Assembly: GCF_000981785.2 (NCBI RefSeq)
Contig: NZ_CP011304.1
Location: forward strand, 3,300,001 to 3,332,000
DNA length: 32,000 bases
Direction: 5' to 3'
Source: Microcystis aeruginosa NIES-2549
GTDB lineage: Bacteria > Cyanobacteriota > Cyanobacteriia > Cyanobacteriales > Microcystaceae
Position 1 is the stretch's first letter. The number at the start of each line of letters is the position of its first letter. The notes below the pieces were generated by a model that saw nothing but the letters and a program-made list of their open reading frames with translations, did no database searches and was not told the origin of the DNA. A program made the position numbers and the translations under genes. Shown piece after piece: positions 1 through 8,668 of this stretch.

Positions 1-856
1 AACAACCCTCCGCTTGAGCGCCACTAAAACGCACTGCTTTATCTGCCACCAAACCGACTTTGACGAATTCTTGGAAGCCTTTATAAATCTTGGTAAAGAG
101 GGAACCACTGGCTAAAGGTGCGACAATATGGTCGGGGAGTTTCCAGCCTAATTGTTCAGCCACTTCAAAGCCTAAAGTTTTGGAACCTTCGGAATAGTAG
201 GGACGCAGATTGATGTTGACAAAACCCCAACCGTAGGTATTGCCCACTTCTGAACAGAGACGGTTAACTTGATCGTAGTTGCCTTTAACTGCCATGACCG
301 TGGGATTATAGATTAGGGTGCCGAGAATTTTACCCGCTTCTAAGTCGGAGGGAATGAAAACACAACAGTCTAAACCGGCGTGAGCGGCAATAGCGGCGGT
401 GGAATTGGCCAGATTTCCCGTACTAGCACAGGAAACGGTAGTAAAACCTAATTCTTTAGCCCGGGTAAGGGCGACGGATACCACTCTATCTTTGAAGCTG
501 AGAGTGGGCATATTGACGGCATCATTTTTAATGTAGAGATTTTTGAGACCCAAGCGCCGGGCTAAACGGTGGGATTTAACTAGGGGAGTCATACCCGTAC
601 CCACATCGATGGGATTTTCACTTTCCACCGGCAAAAAGGAACGATAGCGCCAGATGGAATTGGGACCTGCTTGAATGCTTTCTCTGGTAACGGTGCGACG
701 GATGAGGTCGTAATCGTAGTCCACTTCCAGGGGGGCAAAGGTTTCTTCGCAGATATTCAGCGCTTTCAGGGGGTAGGAGGTCCCTCCTTCCTTAGAAACC
801 AAGCGGGTAAAGGTGGGGATGAATTTTGAGGTTTCGATGTTTGTCGCTAGGGTCAT
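1..856 (-). CDS. thrC: threonine synthase, N-terminal portion (gene runs off the window start)
   Basis: Missing from the ORF track because the window edge truncates it. Hand translation of the minus strand from ATG (856..854) gives MTLATNIETSKF...DAVNMPTLSFKDRVVSVALTRAKELGFTTVSCASTGNLANSTAAIAAHAGL...GWGFVNINLRPYYSEGSKTLGFEVAEQLGW. It carries the PLP-lysine SFKDR motif and the ASTGN motif typical of threonine synthase. An AGGA Shine-Dalgarno-like motif sits about 6 nt upstream of the ATG. Confidence 0.85.
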   Translation of the reverse strand, partial: MTLATNIETSKFIPTFTRLVSKEGGTSYPLKALNICEETFAPLEVDYDYDLIRRTVTRESIQAGPNSIWRYRSFLPVESENPIDVGTGMTPLVKSHRLARRLGLKNLYIKNDAVNMPTLSFKDRVVSVALTRAKELGFTTVSCASTGNLANSTAAIAAHAGLDCCVFIPSDLEAGKILGTLIYNPTVMAVKGNYDQVNRLCSEVGNTYGWGFVNINLRPYYSEGSKTLGFEVAEQLGWKLPDHIVAPLASGSLFTKIYKGFQEFVKVGLVADKAVRFSGAQAEGC

Positions 857-922
857 GATTTTCCTGTCTTGCCGTCAACTGATGTACAAACATCCTATCA
901 CCGGCAAAATCTTGGTGTCAAA

Positions 923-949
923 TATACCCGACTATTTTTGTCGGGTATA
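923..949. other. perfect 10-bp stem / 7-nt loop hairpin (TATACCCGAC-TATTTTT-GTCGGGTATA) about 70 nt upstream of the thrC start
   Basis: Inverted repeat read directly from the sequence. Function is unknown: it could be the terminator of an upstream unit or a 5' leader structure. Confidence 0.4.
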
Positions 950-1304
950 AATTTATACAAAAACTAGGTGATAATCTGGGGAGCAGCAAGGGTTAAGGGG
1001 AGATGGTTGGGCTGCCGTGTCAGGAAACTTCGGGGTAGTTTCAGGTCAAAAAAAGGACTAGGAGAAGGGATTTAAGTTTTTTAGGAGGTTACAGCCTATT
1101 TACTGCTAATTTTATCGAAATAAACCCTAATTTTTCTTTAAATAGCCTAAAAAGGGGGGCGATTAACTGCGGTTGCCAGAAAGTTTCTCGCTTTACTCAG
1201 GATAATTGTCAAGAAAAGTGACAAATTATGTGATTTTGTTGAGAAATAATAATTTTTCGGCTCTCCTCGACACCTATAGGTGAGCAGCAGAAGTTATTCA
1301 AAGA

Positions 1305-1371
1305 GGGCGAATGCAATTCGCCCCTACAATAATATGATTGCGCCAATGGTAGGGGCGCATCGCGTGCGCCC
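1305..1371. repeat. compact nested-hairpin element (three interlocking GC-rich palindromes), REP/MITE-like
   Basis: GGGCGAAT-GCA-ATTCGCCC (1305..1323), CGCCCCTAC...GTAGGGGCG (1319..1357) and GGGCGCA-TCGCG-TGCGCCC (1353..1371), all read directly. The track ORF 1280..1480 reads through it and is probably not coding. Confidence 0.5.
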
Positions 1372-1568
1372 AAAATGTCATCTAGATATTTCGACCAAAT
1401 TGAGATGCACCCAAATTATCCCTATTCTTCTTCCTTCCACACAAAAACCAGAAGAGCCATTTTTCTGGGCTGCCAAATAAAATTGACCATTTCTTGCGGC
1501 AGTACCCAGATTTCCCATTCTCCGCTTGTAATAAGTAGGGTCTGCTGAAAAAGTTTGTTGGTGGGGTT

Positions 1569-1644
1569 AGGAGACAGGAGACAGGAGATTATTTTATTTA
1601 TTCTCCCTTCTCCCCACTTCATAATTCATAATTCATAATTCATC
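1569..1644. repeat. heptamer tandem repeats (GGAGACA x2-3, CATAATT x3) at the 3' end of rsmD
   Basis: Direct reading: aggagacaggagacaggaga and tcataattcataattcataattcat. The second array overlaps the rsmD stop codon. Confidence 0.7.
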
Positions 1645-2178
1645 TGTTTTTTGATAAAAAGTTAAGGTAGTATTGCCGTAGCGTTTTTGACGACAAATGG
1701 TTAAACCTTCTAGATTAATTGCTGGCCAAGATTTGGGATTATGTTCCACGGCAATTTCCCCCAGAGAATCTAATAAATTATATTGAGAGATGGCAGTTAG
1801 TACCGGTAAATATAAACCGCTTTCATAGGGAGGGTCAAAATAAATTAAATCAAAACTTTCCCCTGCTAAAGTGGCTAACTTTGTCAGTACATCCCCCCGA
1901 ATTACTTGGAATTGCTGGGGAGAAGTTGCTAAATTGCGCCAATTTTCCTTAATAATTTCGCCAGCGCGTCCTGATTGTTCAATTCCGATTACTAGACTCG
2001 CACCTCGACATAAAGCTTCCGCACCCATGGAACCATTACCCGCACAAAGATCCAACCAACGACAGCCAGATAATTTATGTTGCCAGATATTAAATAAAGC
2101 TTCTCGGACCCTTGCTGTCGTAGGACGGGTTAATTGTCCTGCCAGGGTTTTTATGGGACGATTGCCGTAAATTCTCAT
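1633..2178 (-). CDS. rsmD: 16S rRNA (guanine966-N2)-methyltransferase RsmD
   Basis: 181 aa. SAM-binding LDLCAGNGSMGAEALCRGA and catalytic FDPPY motifs. Size and N-terminal IYGNRPIKT...TRPTTARVREALFN are typical of RsmD. Confidence 0.85.
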   Translation of the reverse strand: MRIYGNRPIKTLAGQLTRPTTARVREALFNIWQHKLSGCRWLDLCAGNGSMGAEALCRGASLVIGIEQSGRAGEIIKENWRNLATSPQQFQVIRGDVLTKLATLAGESFDLIYFDPPYESGLYLPVLTAISQYNLLDSLGEIAVEHNPKSWPAINLEGLTICRQKRYGNTTLTFYQKTDEL

Positions 2179-2181
2179 TAG

Positions 2182-2859
2182 TTAAAAGGCAAATTCAGTT
2201 AATCTTTTTTGTAATAAATCAGGAAAAAGGGCATAGTATCTTTGATTGAGAGGAGAGGGATGGGGGAGAGGTAATAAAGTCACTTTCTTTTGCTGTTTTA
2301 ATCCATCTTCATCGGTAGCGGTAAGGGTAACTAGCAGTTTTTTGGTAAAGCGTTCTTTATCAAGATAGAATTTATCCACTTCTTTGGGTTTACCGTAGGG
2401 TTCAAACCATTTAAAAGCTTCCGTACCAAGGGTAATGATATGATCACCTTGCCAATAAAAAACGAGCAGTTTTTCTATAAATGGACGAAAACGATCCTTC
2501 ACTTCCCCAGAATAAGCTTTATTACCCGGAGGTTTGTAGGGAACTGTATTAGTTAAGAAAATTTGATCGCACACCGATAATAGCTCTTGACGATCATGGG
2601 ATTTTCTCCCCTGCCAAGCTTGAAAAAATCCCTCTCTTACCATTCTACCGGCAGCCCCGATCAAAGGTTGTCCCGCATACACTTCATCTCGTCCTAAATC
2701 CCGGCCAAAAAAGCATAACTGACTAGCAAGATTACCAGCATACAAAACCGGTTCAAAGGGGTCTTTTTTTGCCTCTTGGTAAATTAGGGTATCGATGGGA
2801 AAATCCTCTTTTTTTGCCTCTTGGTGTACCTGTTTAATTAGGGTTTTAATATCAGTCAT
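2182..2859 (-). CDS. uracil-DNA glycosylase superfamily protein (family 4/5-like)
   Basis: 225 aa. GRDLGRDEVYAGQPLIGAAGRMV resembles the GE.PG..E...G.PF.G.AG motif A, and LPHPSPLN matches the C-terminal HPSPL motif B. It lies 3 nt upstream of rsmD on the same strand, so the two are a likely operon. Confidence 0.7.
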   Translation of the reverse strand: MTDIKTLIKQVHQEAKKEDFPIDTLIYQEAKKDPFEPVLYAGNLASQLCFFGRDLGRDEVYAGQPLIGAAGRMVREGFFQAWQGRKSHDRQELLSVCDQIFLTNTVPYKPPGNKAYSGEVKDRFRPFIEKLLVFYWQGDHIITLGTEAFKWFEPYGKPKEVDKFYLDKERFTKKLLVTLTATDEDGLKQQKKVTLLPLPHPSPLNQRYYALFPDLLQKRLTEFAF

Positions 2860-3000
2860 TTCAGTTATCAGTTATCAGTTATCAGTTATCAGATGTGAGT
2901 TTTCAGTTATCAGATGTGAGTTTTCAGTTCACTAATTACTGTTTACTGATAACTGATAACTGAAAAAAGCTTCTCCCTACACCCTACACCCTACACCCCA
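2860..3000. repeat. composite short tandem and inverted repeat block (CAGTTAT heptamers, a 21-nt unit x2, inverted CTGATAA copies, CCCTACA heptamers)
   Basis: Direct reading. cagttatcagttatcag (2862..2878) is the reverse complement of ctgataactgataactg (2946..2962). cagttatcagatgtgagtttt occurs twice in tandem. ccctacaccctacaccctacacccc precedes the era stop. Confidence 0.8.
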
Positions 3001-3002
3001 CT

Positions 3003-3965
3003 TCACTCCTCGGTGCGATAGCCAAATTCCGCTAAAAGTGAGCGAGATTGTCGCCATTTCGGTTCTACCTTCACGAATAATTTTAAATATACCTCCCCGG
3101 CGATTAACTTTTGAATAGCCGAGCGAGCGGAAGTGCCGAGCGCTTTTAACATACTGCCATTTTTGCCGATGACGATCCCTTTTTGGGAATCTCGTTCCAC
3201 ATTGATGGCGGCAAAAACCCTAGTTAAAGCGGGAGTTTCCTCGACGCGTTCAATCACCACCGCCACAGAATGGGGAATTTCCTGACGGGTTTGCAGTAAA
3301 ATCTGTTCGCGGATTAATTCAGCCATAATAAACCTTTCCGGTTGATCTGTGACTAAATCGGGGGGATAGTAATAGGGACCGACTTCGAGGGAATCAATTA
3401 ACAGATTTTGCAATTCTGCGATTCCCATCCCCTCCAGTGCCGAAAATTTGAGCAGAGGCCAGTTATTTTCCGCCGCTAAGGTACGATAACTATCGTCTAG
3501 AGGCTCCCGGTCTTCCGGTTGCTGATCGGCTTTATTTAGCCCTAAAATCGTGGGAGTTTGGTTTTTAGTCAGTAAATCGGCAATATAGCGATCGCCACTG
3601 CCCAAAAAATTGCTACTATCGACAACAAATAAAACTAAATCTACGGAATTTATGGCGTTTTCAGCATTTTTAACTAAAACTTTGCCTAATTCGTGATGGG
3701 GCTTGTGAATGCCGGGGGTATCGACAAAAATCATCTGGGATCGCTCGCCGGTGACAATGCCGCGTAAACGGTTGCGGGTAGTTTGAGCGATGGGGGAAGT
3801 AATGGCGATTTTTTGTCCCACTAATTGATTCATCAGGGTGGACTTGCCCACATTAGGACGACCAATAATGCCAATAAAACCCGATTTAAAACCGGTCGGT
3901 GCGATGGGAATTACTGCCGAATCGAGATTAACGGCTTGAGAGTTGATAAAATCGTTCATAATCAA
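3003..3965 (-). CDS. era: GTPase Era
   Basis: 320 aa. G1 GRPNVGKST, G3 DTPG, G4 NKAD, and a C-terminal KH domain (VIGKNGSMLK). The start is ambiguous between two ATGs: codon 1 at 3965 or codon 3 at 3959. Confidence 0.92.
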   Translation of the reverse strand: MIMNDFINSQAVNLDSAVIPIAPTGFKSGFIGIIGRPNVGKSTLMNQLVGQKIAITSPIAQTTRNRLRGIVTGERSQMIFVDTPGIHKPHHELGKVLVKNAENAINSVDLVLFVVDSSNFLGSGDRYIADLLTKNQTPTILGLNKADQQPEDREPLDDSYRTLAAENNWPLLKFSALEGMGIAELQNLLIDSLEVGPYYYPPDLVTDQPERFIMAELIREQILLQTRQEIPHSVAVVIERVEETPALTRVFAAINVERDSQKGIVIGKNGSMLKALGTSARSAIQKLIAGEVYLKLFVKVEPKWRQSRSLLAEFGYRTEE

Positions 3966-3994
3966 AGAATATTACTTAAAAAATATTTTTACCC

Positions 3995-4762
3995 ATGCAA
4001 AGGATAATTTTGTTCTTGTTAGTATTGATTTTAGGCTGTAGTAACCATTTAGAATTATCTATAGCTGGAAATTTAAGCGATCGCTTAACTAATTATCCTC
4101 GCTGGATGACTAAACCAGTGGTTAGTTTTGCCAGCGGAGATTTAGTTTATCCCGATTGGATGGTAGGCAATTGGACTGTCACCAGTACCCTAATCGATTT
4201 AACCGCTCCTCTTGCTCCCCAGATTATCACACCTGGTTTTGAAAGTAATCGTCGTTACCTAGAACAATCGATCGAGTTTCCGGTGAGATTCATCGAGAAA
4301 GCTATTTCCAGACCGATAAATGCTGCCTTTTTATCCACCATTATCAGTAAACCATCAATTGTGGCCGATCGATCCTTTAATGGTTTAGCAATTAGTCGCG
4401 CCTATTTAGGTAATCAATCGGTATTATCCGTAAAAACTGACCCCAATAATCCCAATCGTCAGATTACCTTTTTACGCGGCGCTCATCAACTCATTTCCAC
4501 CGTAATTGCCAGAAATAGCGAAACTCCTAGCCGAAATCAATTTATTGCCACAGAAATCAGTCAACAAATTTTCCGGGGAGAAACCAACACTTATCTCAAT
4601 GAGGTGGAAACCACCACCGCCTATCAGTTATTATCTCCTAATAAAATTCTAGGCGATCAGGTGACAGCCATTTATCTGTCCCCCCAATCGCCGGATTATT
4701 TCCAAGCGCCGAATCGTCCTGTGGCTTTGTATCGTTATCGCCTAGAATTGCGGAAAGATTAA
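3995..4762 (+). CDS. conserved hypothetical lipoprotein
   Basis: 255 aa. N-terminal signal peptide with a lipobox (LVLILGCSN). I recognise no catalytic motifs. Divergent from era. Confidence 0.6.
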   Translation: MQRIILFLLVLILGCSNHLELSIAGNLSDRLTNYPRWMTKPVVSFASGDLVYPDWMVGNWTVTSTLIDLTAPLAPQIITPGFESNRRYLEQSIEFPVRFIEKAISRPINAAFLSTIISKPSIVADRSFNGLAISRAYLGNQSVLSVKTDPNNPNRQITFLRGAHQLISTVIARNSETPSRNQFIATEISQQIFRGETNTYLNEVETTTAYQLLSPNKILGDQVTAIYLSPQSPDYFQAPNRPVALYRYRLELRKD

Positions 4763-4930
4763 TATTACCAGTGGTTAAACCCTGCTGAAACCGGCGCAGT
4801 CTTTCCCCATCCTGTTGAAAAAGTATAGGGGGAGCTTTTCAGTGTTGCCAAAGGCACGGCGTAGCCGTCCAGTCAACAGTAATCAGTAATCAGTGGGGAG
4901 CAGGGAGAAGGGGGAGCAAGAATTATGAAT

Positions 4931-4958
4931 TAAGTAGGTAGGCGTTAAAAACTAACTG
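4931..4958 (+). repeat. dispersed repeat copy A (TAAGTAGGTAGGCGTTAAAAACTAACTG)
   Basis: Nearly identical to 6537..6564 (TAAGTAGGTAGTCGTTAAAAATTATCAG). The two direct copies bracket the HtrA gene. Confidence 0.5.
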
Positions 4959-5132
4959 ATAGGACAATGACCTTGTAATCAAAACTTCATGTCTGCGTCA
5001 CAGTAAGTTCATATCCCCCACCTAAATTAGAGATAGTCAGTCCCAAGCCGTTTTCCGAAACACTCCTCTCACACCCACGATTATTAGGACTGACTTTTAT
5101 TCCCTTCTCAGAATGGTTAAACAATAAAAACT

Positions 5133-6413
5133 ATGACTCACAATATTTTTAACGATAATATTTCCCCGAGCAACGAAGGCAATCCCAAACGCTCCAAATC
5201 TTCTGCAATGAAAAAACTTTTTGCCTATTCCTCCTTACTGGTTTTGGGTGCCGGGTTAGGTATCGGTGCCACCTACGCCTACAGTCAAAATCCTCTAGAA
5301 TTAGCCCAAAATATTGCCACCGCTGCCACTAATCCTCGCCCCTCCACAGCAGCCGCAGCCGCTCCCTCAACCCTAGTTATTCCCACCAATTTTGTCGCTT
5401 CTGTGGTGCAAGAAGTGGGGCCGGCGGTGGTAAGAATTAATGCTTCTAGGGAAGTCAATGGAGGCGGTGATTTTTCGGAATTTGCTAACGATCCTGTTTT
5501 CCGTCGCTTCTTTGGTTCCCAAATACCGGAGCGAGGAGAAAGACAAGTTCAAAGGGGTACAGGTTCCGGGTTTATTATCAGTAATGACGGTAAAATTATC
5601 ACCAATGCTCACGTTGTCGAGGGAGCAGATAAGGTGACTGTCACCCTCAAAGATGGTCGCACTATCGATGGTAAAGTCTTAGGTAGTGATCCTTTAACTG
5701 ATGTGGCAGTGGTACAGGTGGAAACGGGCAATTTACCCACGGTTAAATTAGGTAATTCTGATAGTTTACAGGTGGGAGAATGGGCAATTGCTATCGGTAA
5801 TCCTTTGGGATTAGATAACACTGTCACCACGGGGATTATTAGCGCCAAGGAACGCAATGGCTCCCAAATTGGTGCTAGTGATAAACGGGTGGATTTCCTG
5901 CAAACCGATGCGGCAATTAACCCCGGAAATTCTGGCGGACCTTTGTTAAATGCTCGGGGAGAAGTTATCGGAGTTAACACTGCTATCATTCAAAATGCCC
6001 AGGGTTTAGGTTTTGCTATTCCGATTAAAACTGCCCAAAGAATCGCCGAACAATTAATCGCCACGGGTAAGGTGGAACATCCCTATCTCGGTGTTCAAAT
6101 GGTACAGTTAACCCCAGAGGTAAAAGAACAATTAGCCGATAGTCCCATGGCTGATAATTGGACTATCCCCGATGATTCTGGTGTCTTGTTAGTGCGGGTG
6201 ATGAGAGATTCTCCTGCCGCAGCAGCAGGATTGCGATCGGGTGATGTGTTAAAGTCTGTAGGTGGTAAGAATGTCACCGATCCCGATGCGGTTCAGGAAA
6301 TTGTGGCTAATACTCAAATCGGCGATAATTTACCCGTAGAAATTAGCCGGGAAGGACAAAAAATTAATCTGAATATTCAAGTGGGTAGCTTGAATACTGC
6401 TAACAAATCCTAG
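5133..6413 (+). CDS. htrA: HtrA/DegP-family periplasmic serine protease with a PDZ domain (HhoA/HhoB/HtrA type)
   Basis: 426 aa. N-terminal TM/signal segment, trypsin-fold triad context (TNAHVV ... D ... GNSGGPLL), and a C-terminal PDZ domain (GVLLVRVMRDSPAAAAGLRSGDVL). Confidence 0.9.
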   Translation: MTHNIFNDNISPSNEGNPKRSKSSAMKKLFAYSSLLVLGAGLGIGATYAYSQNPLELAQNIATAATNPRPSTAAAAAPSTLVIPTNFVASVVQEVGPAVVRINASREVNGGGDFSEFANDPVFRRFFGSQIPERGERQVQRGTGSGFIISNDGKIITNAHVVEGADKVTVTLKDGRTIDGKVLGSDPLTDVAVVQVETGNLPTVKLGNSDSLQVGEWAIAIGNPLGLDNTVTTGIISAKERNGSQIGASDKRVDFLQTDAAINPGNSGGPLLNARGEVIGVNTAIIQNAQGLGFAIPIKTAQRIAEQLIATGKVEHPYLGVQMVQLTPEVKEQLADSPMADNWTIPDDSGVLLVRVMRDSPAAAAGLRSGDVLKSVGGKNVTDPDAVQEIVANTQIGDNLPVEISREGQKINLNIQVGSLNTANKS

Positions 6414-6445
6414 TCTGGAAAATAAGTGGTAGAAGACCTAAACTT

Positions 6446-6480
6446 TATAGAGAGCTTGTTAGTAAGCTCTCTATATTTCT
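6446..6480 (+). terminator. rho-independent terminator downstream of the HtrA gene
   Basis: Perfect 12-bp stem TATAGAGAGCTT / AAGCTCTCTATA with loop GTTAGT, followed by a T-rich tail (tttctggtttt). Confidence 0.7.
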
Positions 6481-6536
6481 GGTTTTACTTTTGCCTCTTG
6501 AATCCAATAATTATAGCATTTATCTTAATGGTGAGA

Positions 6537-6564
6537 TAAGTAGGTAGTCGTTAAAAATTATCAG
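6537..6564 (+). repeat. dispersed repeat copy B (TAAGTAGGTAGTCGTTAAAAATTATCAG)
   Basis: See copy A at 4931..4958. Confidence 0.5.
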
Positions 6565-6719
6565 ACACCCCACTTATCAAGGGGGGATCGACACCCCCCT
6601 TATCAAGGGGGGATCAAGGGGGGATCGGCACCCCCCTTATCAAGGGGGGCAGGGGGGATCGACACCTCTCTTATCAAGGGGGGATCAAGGGGGGATCAAG
6701 GGGGGATCAAGGGAGAATC
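6564..6719. repeat. tandem array of G6/C6 hairpin units (GACACCCCCCTTATCAAGGGGGGATC) plus AAGGGGGGATC sub-repeats
   Basis: Four 26-nt units, each holding a CCCCCCTT-ATC-AAGGGGGG hairpin. They are interspersed with about six 11-nt AAGGGGGGATC units, and every unit carries a GATC. The array lies between the convergent HtrA and WD40-J genes. Confidence 0.85.
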
Positions 6720-6756
6720 GAAAGATAGTTAAATACTTGAACCTAGGCTCACAATT

Positions 6757-8436
6757 TTACTGTTGGGAGATAGAAAATAAAAACCGCTCGTAAGCTCGAT
6801 TAATTTTTTGCATAATTTTAATCGCCATGGCGGAAGAATTGTGATCGGGGTGATACTGACGAGCAAGCTGATAATATCTTTGTTTAACTTCTGAAAAACT
6901 GGCATTTTTAGAAACTTCTAAAACTTCCCACCAATCCTCGGAATCTGGGGGTAATATTTCTAATTCTCCTAACATTTCTGACCATATTTTTACCTTATCT
7001 CCATAACTACCTGTAATTAAAAACTGACCGTCAGGACTAAATTTTAAGGGAGCAGTTCCCCGTAAAATTTTAATTAATTCTCCTGTTTGTCCTTGCCAAA
7101 TTTTAATTTCTGTTCGGGAAGCACTAGCAATTAGATGGCGATGAGGATTAATAGCAATACTGATAATTGCCTGCTCGTGTGCCTGCCAACTTTTAATCAT
7201 TTCTCCTGTCTTTATATCCCAGATTTTAATCGCTTTATCACTACCACCACTAATTAGATATTGACCATCATTACTAAAAGCTAAACTGTTAACGGCTGCC
7301 CTGTCACCGATAAAAGTTTGATAAGCATAACTATGATCAAATCGCCATAATTTAATAGTTTTATCATCACTACCACTAGCAATAATTTGGCTATCGGGAC
7401 TAATAGCACAGGTATTAACTGCCTCCTCATGACCGATTAAAGTTCGCTTTAATTCTCCTGTATGATAACCCCAGATTCGCAGAGTTTTGTCATTACTAGC
7501 ACTAACAATAAATCTTTCATTGGCAGCAAAAGCTAATTGTAAAATGACACCATCATGGCTATGGGGAGCATTGACACGAGCGAAAAAACTACTTTTATAC
7601 TGCTTAGTGTCTAATTGCCACTGACTAATTCTGCCATCTAATCCACCAGCAATGATCGATTTACCGTTAGGACTTATCGCCAGAGTTTGGATCGGTTCAT
7701 TAACTCCCACAAAGGAATAAATTAATTTACCCGTTTCTCGCTGCCAAAGTTTTATGGTTTGATCTTCTCCCGCACTAGCAATAATTTTACCATCAGGACT
7801 AACATCGATCGCCCCAATATTTTCCTGATGACCTTTAAGAGTTTGGAAACACTGCCAAGATAAACGCTCTGGAATAGTAATTTCTGTAGAATCTAACTGT
7901 TGATTTTCCTGAATAGATACTTCTTCCAACAGTTGCTGTAGTTCTGCCTCTAGATTTTCATATTTCCCCGTAACTTCTTGCCAAAATAAAGCTTCTTCGT
8001 ACTCTCTAGTAATGCGATCAAAAAATTCTAGATTGCTATAAAAATTATTGTCGGAGTAGGTGGGAGATAACATTTTCATCACTCCGTAGACTCCTAACCC
8101 GACTATCCCACCAGCGATCGCCATAGAACCGACACCAACACCGAAAGCTGTACCTTTAACCGCGACTCCCACACCCCCAAAGGTAGAGTAGATACCGATT
8201 CCGCCAAGGCTTCCTATTCCCAAAGCTAACCCGACATTGTGATCGTTTGTTTCTAGTCCTTGCAGACTGGCATAAATTGCCGAACTTGTCAGGATGCCAA
8301 TCCCCGTCATTCCCACTAAACCGACGCTTATACCGCCAAATCCGCCGACTAAGCCAATATTTCCCAGACAAGCAGATAAATTGGCTCCTGTGACTCCACC
8401 GACGGCGGGAATAACAAAATCGAGCTTTTTAGCCAT
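6757..8436 (-). CDS. multidomain protein: N-terminal glycine-zipper/hydrophobic region, coiled coil, 7 WD40 repeats, C-terminal J-domain
   Basis: 559 aa. The N-terminal ~120 aa are G/V/I/A-rich (GGFGGISVGLVGMTGIGIL..., GVGVAVKGTAFGVGVGSMAIAGGIVGLGVYG). Seven repeats end in WD-like dipeptides (IKLWQ, ISQWQ, LRIWG, IKLWR, IKIWD, IKIWQ, VKIWS). The C-terminus WWEVLEVSKNASFSEVKQRYYQLARQYHPDHN carries the J-domain HPD motif. Confidence 0.85.
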   Translation of the reverse strand: MAKKLDFVIPAVGGVTGANLSACLGNIGLVGGFGGISVGLVGMTGIGILTSSAIYASLQGLETNDHNVGLALGIGSLGGIGIYSTFGGVGVAVKGTAFGVGVGSMAIAGGIVGLGVYGVMKMLSPTYSDNNFYSNLEFFDRITREYEEALFWQEVTGKYENLEAELQQLLEEVSIQENQQLDSTEITIPERLSWQCFQTLKGHQENIGAIDVSPDGKIIASAGEDQTIKLWQRETGKLIYSFVGVNEPIQTLAISPNGKSIIAGGLDGRISQWQLDTKQYKSSFFARVNAPHSHDGVILQLAFAANERFIVSASNDKTLRIWGYHTGELKRTLIGHEEAVNTCAISPDSQIIASGSDDKTIKLWRFDHSYAYQTFIGDRAAVNSLAFSNDGQYLISGGSDKAIKIWDIKTGEMIKSWQAHEQAIISIAINPHRHLIASASRTEIKIWQGQTGELIKILRGTAPLKFSPDGQFLITGSYGDKVKIWSEMLGELEILPPDSEDWWEVLEVSKNASFSEVKQRYYQLARQYHPDHNSSAMAIKIMQKINRAYERFLFSISQQ

Positions 8437-8624
8437 ATTTTTGCGAAATAATCAAGTTAGTCATCGGGTTTCTCCTATAGAGTTTAGCCTAGTTTGGTAT
8501 CGACGACTGACTCCCCAAAGTGGTACTTTTCCCTCCTGCCCCCTGCCGACCGCCTCTTTCAAGTCAGTCCCGATGAAAAAATTTTCACCCCCACAGATGA
8601 AAGAGGTTTCCTTCCCCACACCCC

Positions 8625-8668
8625 TAGGGTTGATTCAAGGTAGGGTTGATTCATGAATCAACCCTACC
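8625..8668. repeat. direct plus inverted TAGGGTTGATTCA repeat forming a 30-nt perfect palindrome (GGTAGGGTTGATTCA|TGAATCAACCCTACC)
   Basis: Read directly. It lies about 200 nt upstream of the WD40-J gene start, in the 785-nt AT-rich divergent intergenic region, and is followed by CACACCC/CCTACAC-type repeats. Confidence 0.6.

Noticed and set aside
1280-1622. Track ORFs 1280..1480 (+) and 1422..1622 (-)
   Set aside because: They read through palindromic and heptamer repeat elements, have odd composition (for example the Arg/Pro/Cys-rich MVGAHRVRPKCH) and carry no recognisable motifs. They are likely non-coding spacer.
5373-6277. Antisense and alternate-frame ORFs inside the HtrA gene (5373..5612, 5440..5637, 5609..5989, 6095..6277)
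   Set aside because: They are fully nested in a strongly supported protease CDS and have low-complexity or unbiased translations, so they are typical shadow ORFs.
6564-6719. Possible CRISPR array, given the regularly spaced repeats
   Set aside because: The units are 11-26 nt and directly abutting or overlapping, with no unique spacers of 25-40 nt. There are no cas genes in the window. It is a tandem or microsatellite-type array.
8156-8656. ORFs 8156..8371 (-) and 8294..8656 (+)
   Set aside because: They overlap the Gly-rich N-terminus of the WD40-J gene. GGN-rich coding produces Pro-rich antisense ORFs (PIPVIPTKPTLIPPNPPTKP), so these are an artefact of composition.
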